From the NCBI GenBank assembly GCA_047967505.1, contig CM106538.1: DNA of 64,000 bases. One strand, given 5' to 3'. The stretch is from Dipteris shenzhenensis (taxonomy: Eukaryota). Numbering within the stretch: the stretch's first letter is position 1; each line of letters opens with the position of its first letter. The position numbers and the translations under genes are program-made. The notes under the pieces were generated by a model, which was not told the DNA's origin, made no database searches, and saw only the letters and a program-made list of their open reading frames with translations. This document shows, in pieces, positions 63,591 to 64,000 of this stretch.

Positions 63591-64000
63591 TTTTTTTTCT
63601 TTTTCCAAGAAAAAGACTTCTATTAAGTAAGAGAAAAAACCCGCGAGAGCAAGCTCAAAGCAGAATACATCATGAAATCATGAGGATAAACAAAAAATCC
63701 CCTCAGAGTGAGGTGGAAAACAACCAAGGCTGAGGCTGAAAGTGCCACCTCAACCCTGTAGTAGTCTCAGAGAAGAAAGGAGAATCCTTCCATTCCCTGA
63801 AGAAAGGAGTCCTCCTAGCTGAGGCTGCACGGGAGTCTCCCTGCATACTAGTCCATACGGCCATCAAAGTATATACGGTGTCTGTCCAGATACTAGCCAA
63901 TGTGTGCGAGGGATGAACCTGAGTACCCTCCAAAGCCTTTGTGCATCTGGCTCTGCAGATATGCCAGGATGCTATGCTCGCTAGAATCTCCCAAGAAGTA
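63591..64000 (-). mobile_element. 3' end of another antisense L1 copy of the same family, running off the window
   Basis: Poly(T) at about 63591-63604. WTDTVYTLMAVWTSMQG...LRWHFQPQPWLF is homologous to 58418-58777. Confidence 0.9.

Overview
Eukaryotic nuclear DNA from a repeat-rich land-plant genome; a seed-free plant such as a fern or lycophyte is inferred from the ribokinase sequence, long introns and TE types. I can find only one host gene: a divergent PfkB/ribokinase-like gene on + with exon 1 at 7911-8114 and exon 2 at 17668-17955. Its intron 1 is 9.55 kb, and no exon 3 is recognisable in the remaining 46 kb. Almost all other sequence is nested retrotransposon. It includes a 19.8-kb minus-strand Copia (TSD GATTC) containing two chromovirus-type Gypsy elements and a captured promoter-like insert; a head-to-tail array of three related L1 LINEs associated with (TG)n; a gag-only Copia-derived LTR element; an RTEX/L2-like LINE inserted in a (GA)n repeat; and a self-nested L1 cluster. 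The most striking unexplained pattern is a dense cluster of CCGTAC/GTACGG (the SBP/SPL-box consensus) in the 5' leaders of five retroelements from four unrelated lineages. Other notable points are apparent microsatellite targeting by two LINE families, and a ribokinase with an altered sugar-binding motif and a stop-interrupted transit-peptide-like leader. All calls were made by eye; no searches or alignments were run.
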